Below, piece by piece: positions 1 through 14,074 of a stretch of DNA of 64,000 nt (position 1 is the stretch's first letter; every line of letters starts with the position of its first letter). Origin of the DNA: Paramecium tetraurelia (Eukaryota); NCBI GenBank assembly GCA_000165425.1, contig CT868407.1, positions 323,204 to 387,203 on the forward strand, read 5' to 3'. The notes below the pieces were generated by a model. The model worked only from the letters and a program-made list of their open reading frames with translations. It was not told the DNA's origin and made no database searches. Position numbers and translations under genes: made by a program.

Positions 1-1455
1 GGCAACGAACCAGTTGCTTCAATACATCGTTATGCAACTGCAAATTCAAAATAAAGAAATCATCGAATATGCTTTGGTTATAATGAAGGAGACCATTGTA
101 AGACTTAAGCATCATCTGTACAACGAGTCATTTCAATCCTCAAATGTAGTCACTCAAATAAAGAGTGTATTACTCAATCTAAAGAATTCTGCCTTGCAAT
201 AGGAGCAGTTTTTTAGTTGCCGCACATTGGCCTCAGAAATCATATCCATACTCCTATTCGATTCAGCCTATGAGAATTACATAGAGTCGATTGTATAATT
301 AAATCAACTCCTGACAGTTCAGCCGACTTCTCAATCAATCCAAATATATCTATACGAAATGCTTGGCTATTTCAAACATGTAGATGTCAGTAAGATTTTT
401 AGATTATTGATAAAATAACATTTATTGAAAATAGCAGATTTGACTAGATTTATTTTGATTGATAATCCCTAACAATTTCAGCTGTGTAAATTATGTTTGA
501 AATTGATGGTTGCCATAACTGAAAATAAGAGTCTCCGATTTCAATACCATAGTTCTTCGATCGTCTAGATTGAATTAGTTAGGACCTTCCAAGGAATCCT
601 GACTAGCTACGTTCAGCATCTGATTGTTGCCATCTAGAATGAGAAAGTCAAATAAGAATTTTCTGCTTAGATCTGTAGATTGGTAGGATTGGTGTATAAA
701 ATAATGAACAACATCCTTAAAGGGAAGTACATATCTCAAGCTTGCCAATTGTTATTTGCAGATCGTAAATACTTAGATCTCTTGGTAGCCATTCTAGATA
801 TCACATACAAGATCTCCAATTACATCATAGTAATCACTCCTTGTTATTTTTTTAGCTGTATAACAAGTCCTGTTTGCAAATGATTCAAGTTCTCCAAGTT
901 GTCAGTTCACAACAATTGTAACTATTTGAATTGAGTCCGCAGTCCTTATCAACCTTGATGAGCATAGTCGAAAATCTATAGAAGCATTTGCTGGTGCAAT
1001 TGTCTTAAGAATACAAAGTCTCCACTTCTTCCTCATATCATCAACCAGCAGATAAGGTTTCATTAGATCAAACTACAGATATTGTTATTTCGACTTTGGA
1101 ATTTGTTTCAGAAGAACAGCAACTCACGTAATTGGGAGTGATTCAGTCCTTTGTTGTACCTCTGAATCCTATCATTGATAATATCTTGAATGATTTGATT
1201 GTCTGTTTAATACAAGGCAAATGTTCTCAATAAACATTCAATAAAATCAACAGACAACTCTTTGCCATCATGTGTACATATTATCAAAACTTCGTTAATG
1301 TATTGAGTAGACAATTTGTCAAATCTGAATAACAATTAGGACAGGCCTTGGTTAATGTTTTAACCAAAGATCTAGAACTCAGGATCAAACAACAGAACGA
1401 AGAGTAGTTTAAAAAGAACATGCCCTTATTTTTATCTTAATTTGGAATATTATGA
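1..1455 (+). CDS. Exportin-7/RanBP16-like helical-repeat protein, 5' part outside the window
   Basis: Open frame in the ciliate code from position 2, 26-nt intron 830-855, TGA at 1453-1455. Segments ILYNKSCLQMIQVLQVVSSQQLQLFELSPQSLSTLMSIV and NVLTKDLELRIKQQNEEQFKKNMPLF resemble the exportin-7 C-terminus (recognised by eye). Confidence 0.5.
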
Positions 1456-1494
1456 GAATATATTTTATTTTGTTATTAAATACATTTATTTTTC

Positions 1495-1836
1495 ATGAAC
1501 AAAAGATTTAATACTCAATATCCTATCGCCCCTCCCATGAATGATATCTCAAACCTATACAAAAGAATCAGAATAGAAGAACAATTATAATTATTCGATG
1601 AAGTTATCAAGAAAGTTAAAATTAAGAAACTAATAATCTAAACACCAAAAAACAAAGAACCCTTCTTGGTTCAAGCTAAATCCATTCAACTCAAAACAGA
1701 ACGGACCCTTTCTGTTCGTTCACCAAGAATTCCTAAAATTTTAAAGAAATAAGTTCTCCCCAAACTCGTAAGACAGAAACCCTCCATTTCTGGCTGGGAA
1801 GTAAACATACACAATGATTCATAAATGTATTATTGA
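1495..1836 (+). CDS. Hypothetical basic protein, 113 aa, no intron
   Basis: ATG 1495 to TGA 1836 open in the ciliate code (MNKRFNTQYPIAPP...SGWEVNIHNDSQMYY). Confidence 0.65.
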
Positions 1837-1869
1837 TAACATTATCATCAAATTGATGTCTATTCCCTT

Positions 1870-2644
1870 CACTTCCTTAATAAACTAACATCTCCCTTTG
1901 CGTAATGAAACTTTTTAAATAAGAAACATTTCTTCAGACGCATATGTTGTTATGTTGTTACTAACTAGAAACTCTAATTCGAAAAACAAAAAACAATTAA
2001 TCCATATATAGTACTAACAATAAATATAACTGAAAATTAATTTCTAGTGTAAGGATCCACTTGTCCAATTGTCAGGTCAAAATTTTATTAGCTGTTTTTC
2101 ATATTATTATTATTTATTTTAGTTTTTTTTCAATTAAGGATATGTTAAACTTATGTTTATAGTTTCTTAAATTTGAAACTAATTTGCTGCTATCCTATCT
2201 TAAGCTCTGATAATAAGCATTTCAAGTTTTTGGTTTTATTATCAATTCCTTTGCTACTCTCTCTAAATTAAATGCCTTAATTATATTTCTAACATTTAAC
2301 CATTATTCATATAATATTAAATCTAGTATTCCCATCTTTTAATTATTCAAGTTTACTCTATTTGGAGAATTTATTAGTTTTTGTGTAATTTAAATTTCAA
2401 TTGATTAACTAACTTAAAGAAACCCTCATCTTTACTTTGATCATCATTTTTATTGATTAATTCTACTATTTCATTAAATGAGTAGAGCATTATTTTTGAA
2501 AATTTTTGTATTGAATATATCGTATAATATCTAACATATCAAATATTTAGAATAAATTAACAAGTACTTCAATCTTTACATTTCTTTTTAAGGAATGATT
2601 CAATATTATTCCAATAAATCCCTTATATACATTGTATGATTCAT
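1870..2644 (-). pseudogene. Possible decayed gene
   Basis: Coding-like segments on the minus strand (e.g. YSFNEIVELINKNDDQSKDEGFFKLVNQLK) broken by several in-frame TGA; no consistent gene model found. Confidence 0.25.
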
Positions 2645-2929
2645 TAAATTTAATTAATTATTCTTTATTAAAAGGTAATATTTTATATTATTAATTTAGA
2701 CATATCGTACATTGTTGTTAACACTAACTTATAAGTATATGCATAATGATTTAATCATTATAACAGTTTTATTAAAATAATCATTACGCTTAGTTTAAGT
2801 TTATTATTATTGTTGAATTGTACTTCAGACACCTTTAATAGTTTTGAGAAAAAATGATTATGAATTTTGAGAAAAATGCATAAATGTTAAAAGACTATAT
2901 ATATATCTAAATAAAGTATTTTTAATAAA

Positions 2930-3850
2930 TCAAAATTGACAACATTCAGATCCGCAACAATTTCTATTTTTTTCTACCATGCTTTATTCCATATGTTCTA
3001 TATTCAATTCATGTTGTTTAGTTTTTAGATTTGATTTTGCTTTACTCATATTTCGTTATTAAGAAATATGGCTCTCTCTCAGACTATCAATGCTGACATC
3101 CAAGGATTATTTTCTTATATTAGATACTCTATTTTTTGTTGCATTTTAAGTATGTCGCTTACCTCCAGGTAATTATTCTGAATCTCCATTTGAATTTTAA
3201 ACGCTGTGTTTGCTATTTACTAAATTTTCATTGACTGGATTGGACATGGACTTATCAAATATATAATATTAATTAATACTAATGGAGAATCGAAAGAACC
3301 ACAATATCCATCAGTTTTATTGAAAGGAATATATATGCTCTGAGCTGATCTTGCTTATTGTTGATTGGCTATAATGAGACTGCCCTTTCGTTATTATTCT
3401 ATCCATTATTTTCTGAGAGAATATTGTTTTCTAAAATAATCTCATTTAAATAAATTACTTCATTTACATTTTAATCATGGATTATGCTTAGTAATTGGTT
3501 TCACTTTCATTAAAGTCTTGCCACTCCCCAATATCACCTTCTGGGAGTTAGAAGGGCATTCTTTATAAATTGTTCTCGTAGAATTTTAAATATCCTAAGA
3601 CAATATCACCAAATTGTTGAATTGTAACAATTTCATAATAGCGATACTTAATGTCCTGAACTAGAGATGGATCTTAATTTTTTAGGTGAATTTAATTAGA
3701 TCGATTCAGTTGGACACTTAATCTATTTCTAGACTATAACCAAAATGGATGCTCTTAGCCAACTGTATCTAAGACTGCTTACATATCTGTAGCAGCTTTC
3801 ATGACATTTATAAAATCACTCCAGAGAACTTAAAAACTGATTGTTTACAT
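2930..3850 (-). CDS. Hypothetical protein with Cys-rich CaaX-like C-terminus (CCGSECCQF)
   Basis: ATG at 3850 (MQTISFQVLWSDF...), about two short introns whose exact boundaries I could not fix, TGA at 2930. Confidence 0.65.
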
Positions 3851-4390
3851 TTTTTATATTTTTCAAATTATATTAAACAACCAAATTTTGTTTTAACTTT
3901 TTGTCTTATCCTTTTGATTTCAGAAATATTAGAAAAAATATCATAAAATATATGATTTATATGTCAGGATAGTCAGCCATACAATTGTATCTAAGAAAAA
4001 AATCTTGATTTGAAACTAAGAAAGTTTTTCATACTCTGGTACAAGCAAGATTTGGAAAAACGTTGCTAATCATTAATATGTTGGATTAATAATAACTTAT
4101 AGGTTCTTCCTTTATTTGTTAAGTAAATACTTACATCAATATAAGAGTAACATAATTCAATTTTTAATATAAACTATTGGAAATCAATGTGAAAATAAGA
4201 ATTACACAATAATCAAAAATTTTTGCTCATCTGGAATAAAATCTAAATTTTTTTATTTTAATTGATTAGAGAAAGTAATAAATAGAATTTATTAAAAAAT
4301 GGTTATATAATCCAATTACTTTGATTTTAATTTTATTCGTATATTTCAAAAGTTTTTGTAGTTAAATAATAAGAAAAAATAGAAAATATA

Positions 4391-7300
4391 ATGCAAGAAA
4401 AATTTCTTAAGATATTATTCTCAATATATATTTTTCTTTCTTTTTCTATTTTTAGTATTCCTTTCTCCCTTCAGTGTAAGTGTATAAACCATAGCCTTAC
4501 AGTTCTCAACCTCCTCCTTATGCTGACTATACAATTATTAAAACAGTTAAATATCGGAGTATTCAATCTAGGTAATATAATAAATAAACCAATTATAATT
4601 AGGTTGATGAAATAATCAGATTAATAAAAGACTCATGTACCCAGATCGATGAGTTAACATCTACTGACAGAATAAGAAATAAAGAAGATTTTCCCATATA
4701 CTTAAAGCATTCATAATAGATATTTGGAACAAAATAGAATGGAGAGCATCAGAGATGAATTAAATAATTAGTAGTAATAATCGATCTCCTCTCATATTAA
4801 GGATCTCATAGTCAAGTAATGATAATATTCAATTGATAATAGAGATAAGCTGAAGCCTAAATTATTACAACCAATAACTATGTTGGATGAAAGCTGCAAT
4901 AGAGGAGTTAGAAGAATGAAGAAACTATTATATCATGATTCATAAAATATTAACCTCCACAATATCAATTAAAGAAGGGAAATGGTTTAATTGGCATAAT
5001 GGTTAGATATGATGGTAGAATAGGTTCATTCCTAAAAGATAACCGATTATTAAGAATACTACAACAAATTGGAAATAGTCTTTCAAGGTTCTGTTTTGGA
5101 ATTAGAGAGATAAATTACAACTGTAGGATTTGAGTTTGGACAATTTTTAAAGAAGTTGTGGGAAGCTTTTACATAAGAAGTTCAAAAAATAATTTTAGGA
5201 TTGCAACAAAGAAATTAATAAATAGAATAGAAATGCTTAGAAGATATCAACCAATTGCATAGGAATTATTAAGATGCTATTGAAAAATAAGCAGAATCTA
5301 TGAGGTTGATGAAGGAAGAAGCATTATCTGTTTAGAATAATATTGTAAAAATGAAGAAGGAGAATGTATATTTGAGGAAGAAAGATAAAAGAAGAGAAGA
5401 GCAATTGAATGATCTCATGAGTGACTTTTGGGAATAGAATTTGCATTTAATCGAATATTAAGGAATAGACAAATTTCATAAGTAGGCCCAGACAGCGGAG
5501 GAGATGGATCTAGTTTTATAATAGAAGGATATGTTTGAGTTCTTTAAACAGAAATTCGAAGTGCATAAAAAAGAAATTGAAAATTAATATAAGTAAGATT
5601 TTAAATGATTTAGAATTCTTACATTACAGGATGAATATTATGATGGATCAACTCATTTAATTATAACTGAATCCTCAGTTGATACAAGTGATCTTATTAA
5701 GACAAGAGAGTAAAGTGAAGATACATCTGAATATTATATATATGTGAGTACTTCAACTTAGACTCCAAAACAAGCAAAGAAAGTGGATGAAGAAATATAA
5801 GTGTAACCTTCTTAAGGAAATCAAGAATCTTAAGTCAATTCAATATAATTGAGAAAAGAGAGAGTGCCTCGAAATTAAACAGAGTCAAAATTGTTTAGGA
5901 GAGCTAAATTTCCTTTATCTGAGATTATTTCAGAATATAGTTCCCTATATTTCCCTGAGTAAGAACTGAGTAGTAATGATCCTTAATTTATTGTCATTAT
6001 GGCTGATTAAATAGCTTAATTAAAGGATAGAATTGAAGATTTATTAACTGTCTTGAATTTGAGAGGAGACAATTCTAGTGAAGATATTTTAGCAATTAAA
6101 TAATATCTGCAATTGAATTATGGCAATTTCAATTTTTATTTTAATGTAGATCGTATATACCATATTGTAGTAATGTTGGAATGTGTTATAAACACAAATC
6201 TCGGTTGTGATGGATGCTAAAATAGACAAAGAAGAAATGGAACTTGAAATGAAAGAAATTGAGAATAAATTTAATGAGAACATTGTTTTATTCAAGAAAT
6301 ATCATAATAGAACTAAAGAAAAAGAAACCATTGTAAAATTATTTAATATTACGAGTCTAAATTTTATGAAGACTCCTTAATAAAGGTTATCAGATATGCT
6401 CCATAATTTTTAATTAATCAAATAAAAGAGTAAGCTAGCACATATGGAGTTTTGGAGAATGTTGAATTTAAGGAGTTTAAACGAAGGCAAGGTACAAATG
6501 TCGATCCAAAATAATAATAACAATTATCTGCAAAAGATTTGGACTCACCAACCCGATCTCCTAATAAGACTTTGACAACAATCAATATTTCTAAGCCAAT
6601 AATGAAAATTTAAAAAATAGGCAGCCAAATTGAAATCTCTAGCAAAGATGATGATGACGTTTACAAAAGTGATTCATCCAAAGAAGGGTCAGGAGATGAG
6701 AGTGATGTTTCCTTTAGTTAAATAAAATTGGATTTCAAACAAAGCAAACCAAAATTAACAATTGAAAAGAAACTAAGAATATCTACTTGTCCTATAAAAT
6801 CAGCATCGTATGCTACTAATTTATTAAAACAAAGTATTATTAATTGTTATTATTTAAGTGATATCAAAATTCAATATCAATCAGAGAACTGGATTATATC
6901 AATTAAGTACTATCCTCTAAAGTTATCAAGAATTAATCATGAAAATTCCTAATACTATTTAAAATACTCCTCTTCATGTGCATATGTATGAAAATATTGT
7001 TTCACATTATGGCTAATCATAATTTAGTGATGCAAATAGATACAAGAGAACCATTAAGAGTTTCTTATTTTTTGAATAAAAAAGCAGCACTTGTCAATTA
7101 GTTGTTAAATTTTTGAAAGCTGAATATGATATTTAGGATCTTAACCTATATCTACAAATAGTTTAATCAATGTAAGAATATCCAAGTGTTTCATATTCAA
7201 AATTCATAGACACACTACTTAAATGGTTTTCTGATAATAAGTATTCTCAAAGTGAAATTGAAAATATCATATATGACATCTCCACATCATAAGTAGCATA

Positions 7301-7976
7301 TATGTAGAGTTAATAAGGACCATGTGATTATGATATTTTGATGTACTAGTTTTTAGAGATCTTTCAAAAATACAAGAATCGTACATCTATTAAATATAAG
7401 CATCTCTACATCTCTGTTGATCTTTTGAATAAAGGAAGTATTGATTTTTATTAATGGAACTTTCTTTATGAAGTATTATGTTGCATCAACTACTCATTTT
7501 CAATTAGACTATTCTACTAAGAAGCTGATTATTGTGGAGATAGTGGAAAGATGATGTCAAAATAAAGATTTACATTAGTTTGTGATGAATTAAAGATATT
7601 TTAGGAAGATGATCAAATTAAATTATTAGATAGGGAGACATATTTTACAATAAGGGAAAAGATCAATACTTAATGGATGAAAGAAAAGATAGTAATGAAA
7701 ATGTCATTCATTAAAGCAAACAAAGTAATTATTCAATTAAATATATAGTATAATAAATTTATTAAGAGTATTTTTGGAGCAATTGATTCTTTTGTTCAAA
7801 ATCCAAATACTTGTTAATTTGAACCTGAATCAATTTGTTACATGTACAAACTATTATAAAAAACCTGGAAGCCCTACTTTTTGGAATCGCAATTAAATAT
7901 AGGCATACCTGTAGAAATTTCACTTATCAATACTACTTACAGGAAGTTGGAACTCAAAGTTCTCAATAAAGATTGA
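4391..7976 (+). CDS. Large coiled-coil protein with an axonemal dynein light chain (p28/AXDND1-like) motif and a C-terminal EF-hand-like region
   Basis: RREMVQLAQWLDMMVEQ...IVFQGSVLELERQITTVGFEFGQFLKKLWE resembles the axonemal dynein light-chain motif. Short introns near 4572, 4815 and 6146-6170. TGA 7974-7976. Start codon unresolved (between about 4299 and 4607). Confidence 0.6.
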
Positions 7977-8562
7977 AACTTTACATTATTCATTATCTCA
8001 TAGAAATATATCTAAATTTAATAATAATATTAGGCTTTATTTCTTTATATTTTCATAGTTTTTAGTTAATATTCTATTTGAAATTAAGGAGAAGTAAATA
8101 TTTTTGAGAACATTCTTATTTCTTTAAAACATAGTAAATAGACTTTTAAGTTTTAATTTATAAAGTTAAAGTATTTCCATAAGCAATTATAATAAGGTCC
8201 TTATATATTTAATACTTCTACCCTTTGTTTCTAATCGGATCTATTAGAAATACAAACTTGGAAAGATATAATTTTCTAATAGGTCAACTAGGTACTTAAT
8301 TCATCTAATCAGTTTAAATCCTCCTTAAACGACCTATAAAAATCGATTGTAGGAAGTATCCATCAAAAATTTTAGCCAATTTCTCTTTGATTATTTGGAT
8401 CCCAATAGTTTCGAGTGTATTTAGCATTGCATTATGCAGATCGAATTTATTAATGACACTATATTTTAAGATGATACTTTTTTCGCCTAAATTTAAGATA
8501 TGAACAATTTACATTAGAATGACTCTTATTATTTATCTATTATTATTATTTATAAAATATTT

Positions 8563-11188
8563 ATGAGTAAATAGAAGTAAACTGATAATAAAACTAATGA
8601 ATAATTTATTAGTGATTTGCGATCTCTTTTTGAAGTCACTAGCAATAGACACAAGCAGGATAAGGATTTCTTGAAAAAATTTACATCCCTTATGAAAAAG
8701 GAAAAACTAGTTGATAAAAAAAATATCGTGAATGAAATGCTAAATTTGTTTAAGTTGGCTTCCAATTCTAAAACTCTTTATTTTAATACTATTGTTGATG
8801 GCTTATTGCTTCTGTAAGCCAAAGACATCAATATTAATGTTGTATTGGCAGAAGCTATTAAAGGTCCATGTTAAATAGATAAAAAATCAAAAGAAAATTA
8901 AGATAATGAAGAAATCAAACTCTTTTGTTTTTAGAAATTAGAAATTCAACATGCAGAGACACAACTCAACTTATCTAAGGTTTTGGTTTTCATGGAAAGA
9001 GTATTAAAGATGATATCCAATAAAACTAAAGAGGAAATCAAAAAGATGTTTTAATTCATGACTTCCATTCAGGATATCTTAAGCTAATAATTACAATTAT
9101 AAAGCTTGATTTGTATACTTATACTTAAAATTGTATTGACTTTAAGAAAAGAATCAGCATTACAGAAGACCGATATGAAAGTCTTATATAATTTAATCGA
9201 TGAATAAAGTATTCACTTAGTCTTTAAAAATATCCTAACGATCGCAAAAACCACTTGTATACATATGCATTTTATAATTTAGATGTTCATAAATATTATC
9301 ATTACATATTTAAAAGTTGCTTCATGTTATTAAGCGAGATTTGTATCAAAAATAAAATGGCTATCTACTTTTAAACATTCCTATGTAGTCCAATTAGCTA
9401 AACTCATCTGAAAACAATTTTTAATATCATAAAAGAATTTAATTATTAATTTTTCCAAGACATCAAGGATGTGGTAACTATATTTATACTATTTTATAAG
9501 CCATATTTATTCGAAAAACCAAGATTTCTAATAGATTACATTCCAACCAACTTTTTATTAGGATTACTCAACAGGAATCCAGGAAATTGGATGTGTGTCT
9601 AGAATTTCATCCAAAATCATATTCAAATTGATGATAAATACTTAAACTTCACACTTGCCAACTTAGCATAAAGATAATCTAAAATAGTAGACCCTGGATG
9701 CATCTTCTAGTCAAATAAATTGTAATGTTATACACAATTAAATAATAGGAAGAAGAAGAACATTACTCAAATCGACTAATTGTTGACTGAATCCATTCAA
9801 TAACAGTAAGATGTTGGAGATTATAACACTTACATATATTGTTAATTACATCTCTTGTTATATTTGAATTCCTTCGATTTAACAAGTAATTACTTCAATA
9901 AAACATAAATATCATGTGATTCAAGATTCTTCAAGAGATTATTCTTGCTAAAATTGGAAGATAAAATGTAATAATAGTATAAATCATTTTTAGCTATAAA
10001 TATTAAGATGTTACAAGATTATCAAAGCCTAGACAAGGGATTAATTAATACTTCACTTTTTAAATTAACAAATAACTAAAATAGTTAAAGCATCCAATTG
10101 CATAAAGTCAAATAAAAAACATCTATCAGGATATCAAATAAATGCTAAATATAAACTATCATTTCTAATTCCCCTTTATTTCTAAATTTTCCTCGTATAT
10201 CAAGGTTCTCTTCAAAGATTTGAATCAGTAATTCCTCAATAATACACTTTTTCCATTTGATTATCAATAATACTTTGGCTTAAGTATGACTTTCTCACCT
10301 ATATAGTAATGATATTAAGTTCGTACTCAAAGTAAGCTTTCCAAGCCTTAATATTCTCCATATTTAATTCATTATTGGCAATGAAGAAGCCTCACACTGT
10401 GCATTAAGAATTAACAAGATTTTAGTTGTCTGCCTTAGAAGAAGTCGGGGTAATGTTCAATGAGATGAACATTGAGGATTCGATATTTTAATAGATGATA
10501 ATTGGTTCTATTCACTTCTTTATTACTTTTGAAATTAAAAAGAATTCAAAGTTAAATTAATTCACTCAAATTCTTGAACGATTGAAGACTTATTTAAGAT
10601 TGAATTGGAAGAGCGAGTAGAGTGTGTTAAAACAATACAAGTAACTTATGTTAATGGCTGTCGATCGATTCTTGATGTTGAATGGATTGGGGTAATTATT
10701 CATAGTATTTAGGGCATAATCTTTAAAGAATAATCAAAGCAAATTTATGAGATTCTTCAATACTCATTTAGTCAACAATATTGATTTCATTGAAGTCTTG
10801 ATCAAATTAACTCAACATATCAAGATTCAAGAGGTTTCAAAATATTTGGAATATCTGGGAGAATGCTATTTAGGTAGTTTGGCTATACATCAATAGAATA
10901 GAAGTGTGAAGTTCTAATTGTGTACTCAGGTAAATAAGAGAGTTATAATAGATTCTGTATCATCATAGAAAGAATGCGTTGATTTATTTGGAACAAAACA
11001 TGAAGGATCCAAATCAACTTTATGAATTGCTCTACTTCTTTTAGAGAGAGAAAAGATTGAAATAAGAACAACCTAATGTGGAGTCAAATGGAAGATACTA
11101 GTGCAGAAAGAAATTAGTGTATTTGTTTATGAAAGAATCATAATTTACAAAGGTGCATTATAATTGTTTATTGAAATTATTAAAATGA
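8563..11188 (+). CDS. Helical-repeat protein, candidate divergent Scc3/STAG cohesin subunit
   Basis: ATG 8563, several tiny introns. SLFEV, DKKNIVNEMLNLFKLAS and TTYVHKYY occur in the same order as STAG [22 protein letters not shown] and GIFVHRYR. 3' end ambiguous: TGA 11186-11188 as written, or 11130-11132 if one A is spurious. Confidence 0.5.
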
Positions 11189-11698
11189 AAAAAAATTAAA
11201 AACATATATGTTGGATCTGTTACTAAACAAACACGCACAAGAGATTTAAACCATGCTATTGCAAAGGATCTTTGTCATATATTCATAGGAAATGCTTAAA
11301 TGAATGGGCGACAAAGTAGTACAATCAAAACAATTAGATAATTAAATGTCCTAATTGCAAATATGAATATTTATTTGCGATAAAAGAATGCTATAAAGTA
11401 TACCTAAAGGTTATTTAAGTTGCGTAATTTTTCAACATGGCAATTTTGTGATTCAATTGAGAAGATAGTCTTAATTTGCATGACTCTAGGTTTAATAATG
11501 ATATCTGGACTCGATTTTATGTCAGTGTCAGATTACATGCAAGTTGATGAAAATGATAAGCAAGAAGTAACAATGTTCAAATGGGTAAACAGAGTTCATT
11601 TTGGGACAGTTTTAATCATTCTTTGTTCAGCAACTTTTAATATTGTCCAAATGGCTGTGAGTAAAACTGAGTTGGAAATTTTGGATATACGATATTGA
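11185..11698 (+). CDS. RING-variant (C4HC3, MARCH-type) membrane E3 ubiquitin ligase
   Basis: CWIC...KPCYCKGSLSYIHRKCLNEW...CPNC, then two hydrophobic helices; 22-nt intron 11398-11419. Confidence 0.9.
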
Positions 11699-11834
11699 TA
11701 AATCTACTATTTTTGTTGTTTATATAGATTTATAGTAATGCATTAGAAAGTAAATGATTTCAATAACTAAACCCTTAGTGAAAACATAAATAGCTAATTA
11801 TTTATTTAATTTGAGAAATATTAAACAAATAATA

Positions 11835-13263
11835 TCAATTCAATATTATGGAACCAACAGTTTTGTAATTATTTAATTCGATATCATCTTCTAAAGTCTT
11901 ATGATTCTCTTGCACACATACATCTTAGATCTCGTCTAATTAAGTGACACTTGTCTATTATTAATCCTGATCTTTCCTTTCTGTTTCTCGATTCAATTGC
12001 TTAGATGAAGAATAAAAATATATGTGAGTTCCGATTTCATCTAATTTATCGATTTCCTTCTGCTTTTCTTATACATTCAGAAAGATGGTACTTGCACAGT
12101 ATGGCTCCTTAGTCAAAACCATGTTTTGATCAAGTTATCCAAGACCTAGTAATTCTTCAGATATTGATAAATTCTTGTCTTTTTCCTAATTCAAATACAA
12201 TTAAACTTTGCTTTAATGATGCTCTTGATTATATGGATATAGCCAAGGATGCAAAATGAATTCTAATAATAGTTAGTATTTTCATACCTTTTGATGTTAA
12301 TCTTTTTTCTGGTTCCTTTCGTAATAATCGTTTTAATAAATCCTATTGCAATTAGTCTAAGGATTCAAATTTCGCAGTATTCTCCACATTATAATTTGGA
12401 TCGCATATCATTTCAATTGTATCTATAATTTGATCTTGTTAAAATGGTAAGCCATAACAAAATAGTTAATATACAATAACCCCAATAGCCCATATATCGA
12501 CTGATTAATTAATTTTTAAATACCTTTTTAATTGTAGCCTCCTCCAGCAAAGATTTCAGGTGCCTAATAAAATAATGAACCAGTCCTTGTCCACATCTCA
12601 ATATTCAATGTAGAATTCCTAGTTTTAGTGACAAACTTTTTTGAGACTCCAAAATCAATTATTTTAATTTTTGCGTCATCATCAGTTATTTATACTAAGA
12701 TATTATCTGGTTTTAGATCTCTGTGACATACACATTTGCTATGAATTTTATCTATTGCTTTGGCAAGTTCAAAAATCAGTAGTTATTGCTATTTGATGGA
12801 GAGTGTAATTTTTTATTAAATAAGTTTGTCTAGAGAAGGATATGGACATAATTCCATAACAAAATGGATTTCTTCTTTAGTAACATTGATGAATAGATCA
12901 ATAGCCTTGATCACACATTGCAAATCATTAAGCTATCTATTGATCTTAAAGGTTTTCTTAATTGTACTAATAATTTCTGGATCCCCAGTGCGAAATATTT
13001 TAACCGCATACTGAATTGTATTACATTCTAGTTTTTTGTAACATAGTTTAACAATCCCGTGTGCTCCCTCGCCTAATATACTAAATTCAATTACCAAGTC
13101 TCTTATTCTTGTAGCAATACACTTCATTAAAATTTTTGTATAATGTTATTGAGGGTGTTTCATTTATTTAAATAGTGTCATTGCAATTGAATTGATGTTT
13201 TTTATCTTTGAATAAGGTCTGTTTGAGGGTTTATCTTATTTAATAGGCAGTTTTGGATCTCAT
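11835..13263 (-). CDS. CAMK-group Ser/Thr protein kinase
   Basis: LGEGAHGIV, YAVK, HRDLKPDN, DFG and TGSLFYQAPE motifs; tiny introns; TGA at 11835. Confidence 0.9.
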
Positions 13264-13356
13264 TGGTTACAAAATTTTAATAATAAGGGATTTATTAAAA
13301 TATAAGAATTTGTGAAAGAGAGAAATTATAAATTTTGAATTAATCATTTGTGGTCT

Positions 13357-14056
13357 TCATTAATTTATTTGAATTAAATGGTTTTCTTATTGCTTATGGA
13401 ATTTAAATGTCTATCTCAACTTATCTAAAGCAGTAACAATTTTGGTTTCAATTGTTTAATTTATCTCTTCATCAATCTAATTAAGCTTTGTAATAATGTC
13501 TTTCATTTTCTCTTCTGAGAAATGAGGTTCCTCTTCGTCTGACACTTCATCAGTTGATCTATTTTCAAATTAAAAGTCTTGCCATTCATTATTTTTATCC
13601 TGATTTTCAAGTTACTATTCTATTTATTCGCTTTGCTCTATATTGTTTGATGGCGGATTTGTAAAATCAAGTCCTTTTGTATATGGGACTGTATCTAATT
13701 TCAATTACTTCAAACGAGAGTGATAGACATTACATGAAATTTGATTCAATATTTTAGTATTGTTCAGATATCTACAATATTTAAGCCAAATGCATACTTA
13801 ATAGCATCAATAGCAGAATTTACTTCATCATATTCAATAAAGACTTTAGGTTAACAATTAGCCTCTCTCAAATATTAATATCTATATTTAATATCACAAT
13901 ATCATCGAAAAGTAATACTTTTGATATTGAACCGTGTTTGGAGAAAATCTTGAGCAACGACTGGTTATTGATTTAAATATTATTTTGGGTAGTCTTGAGA
14001 CAAACCAAAGCAACTCTAGTTGGCGTTGGATCTCTCTTTTTTTTCCTTTAAGACAT
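13357..14056 (-). CDS. PTB/hnRNP-L-like single-RRM protein with acidic and coiled-coil tail (apparent +1 frameshift)
   Basis: FSKHGSISK-ILIFERG...KVFIEYDEVNSAIDAIKYLNNTKI...VYHSRLKQL...GLDFTNP resembles PTB RRM2. 37-nt intron 13882-13918; one extra base near 13849. Confidence 0.7.
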
Positions 14057-14074
14057 TATATAATAAATTAATTA

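Noticed and set aside
6123..6149. GC-AG intron
   Set aside because: A canonical 25-nt GTAG...TAG intron at 6146-6170 restores the frame; the GC option does not.
8010..8560. Small gene, or a 5' extension of the STAG-like gene
   Set aside because: Open frames exist on both strands, as expected with a single stop codon, but no consistent ATG/intron/stop model was found.
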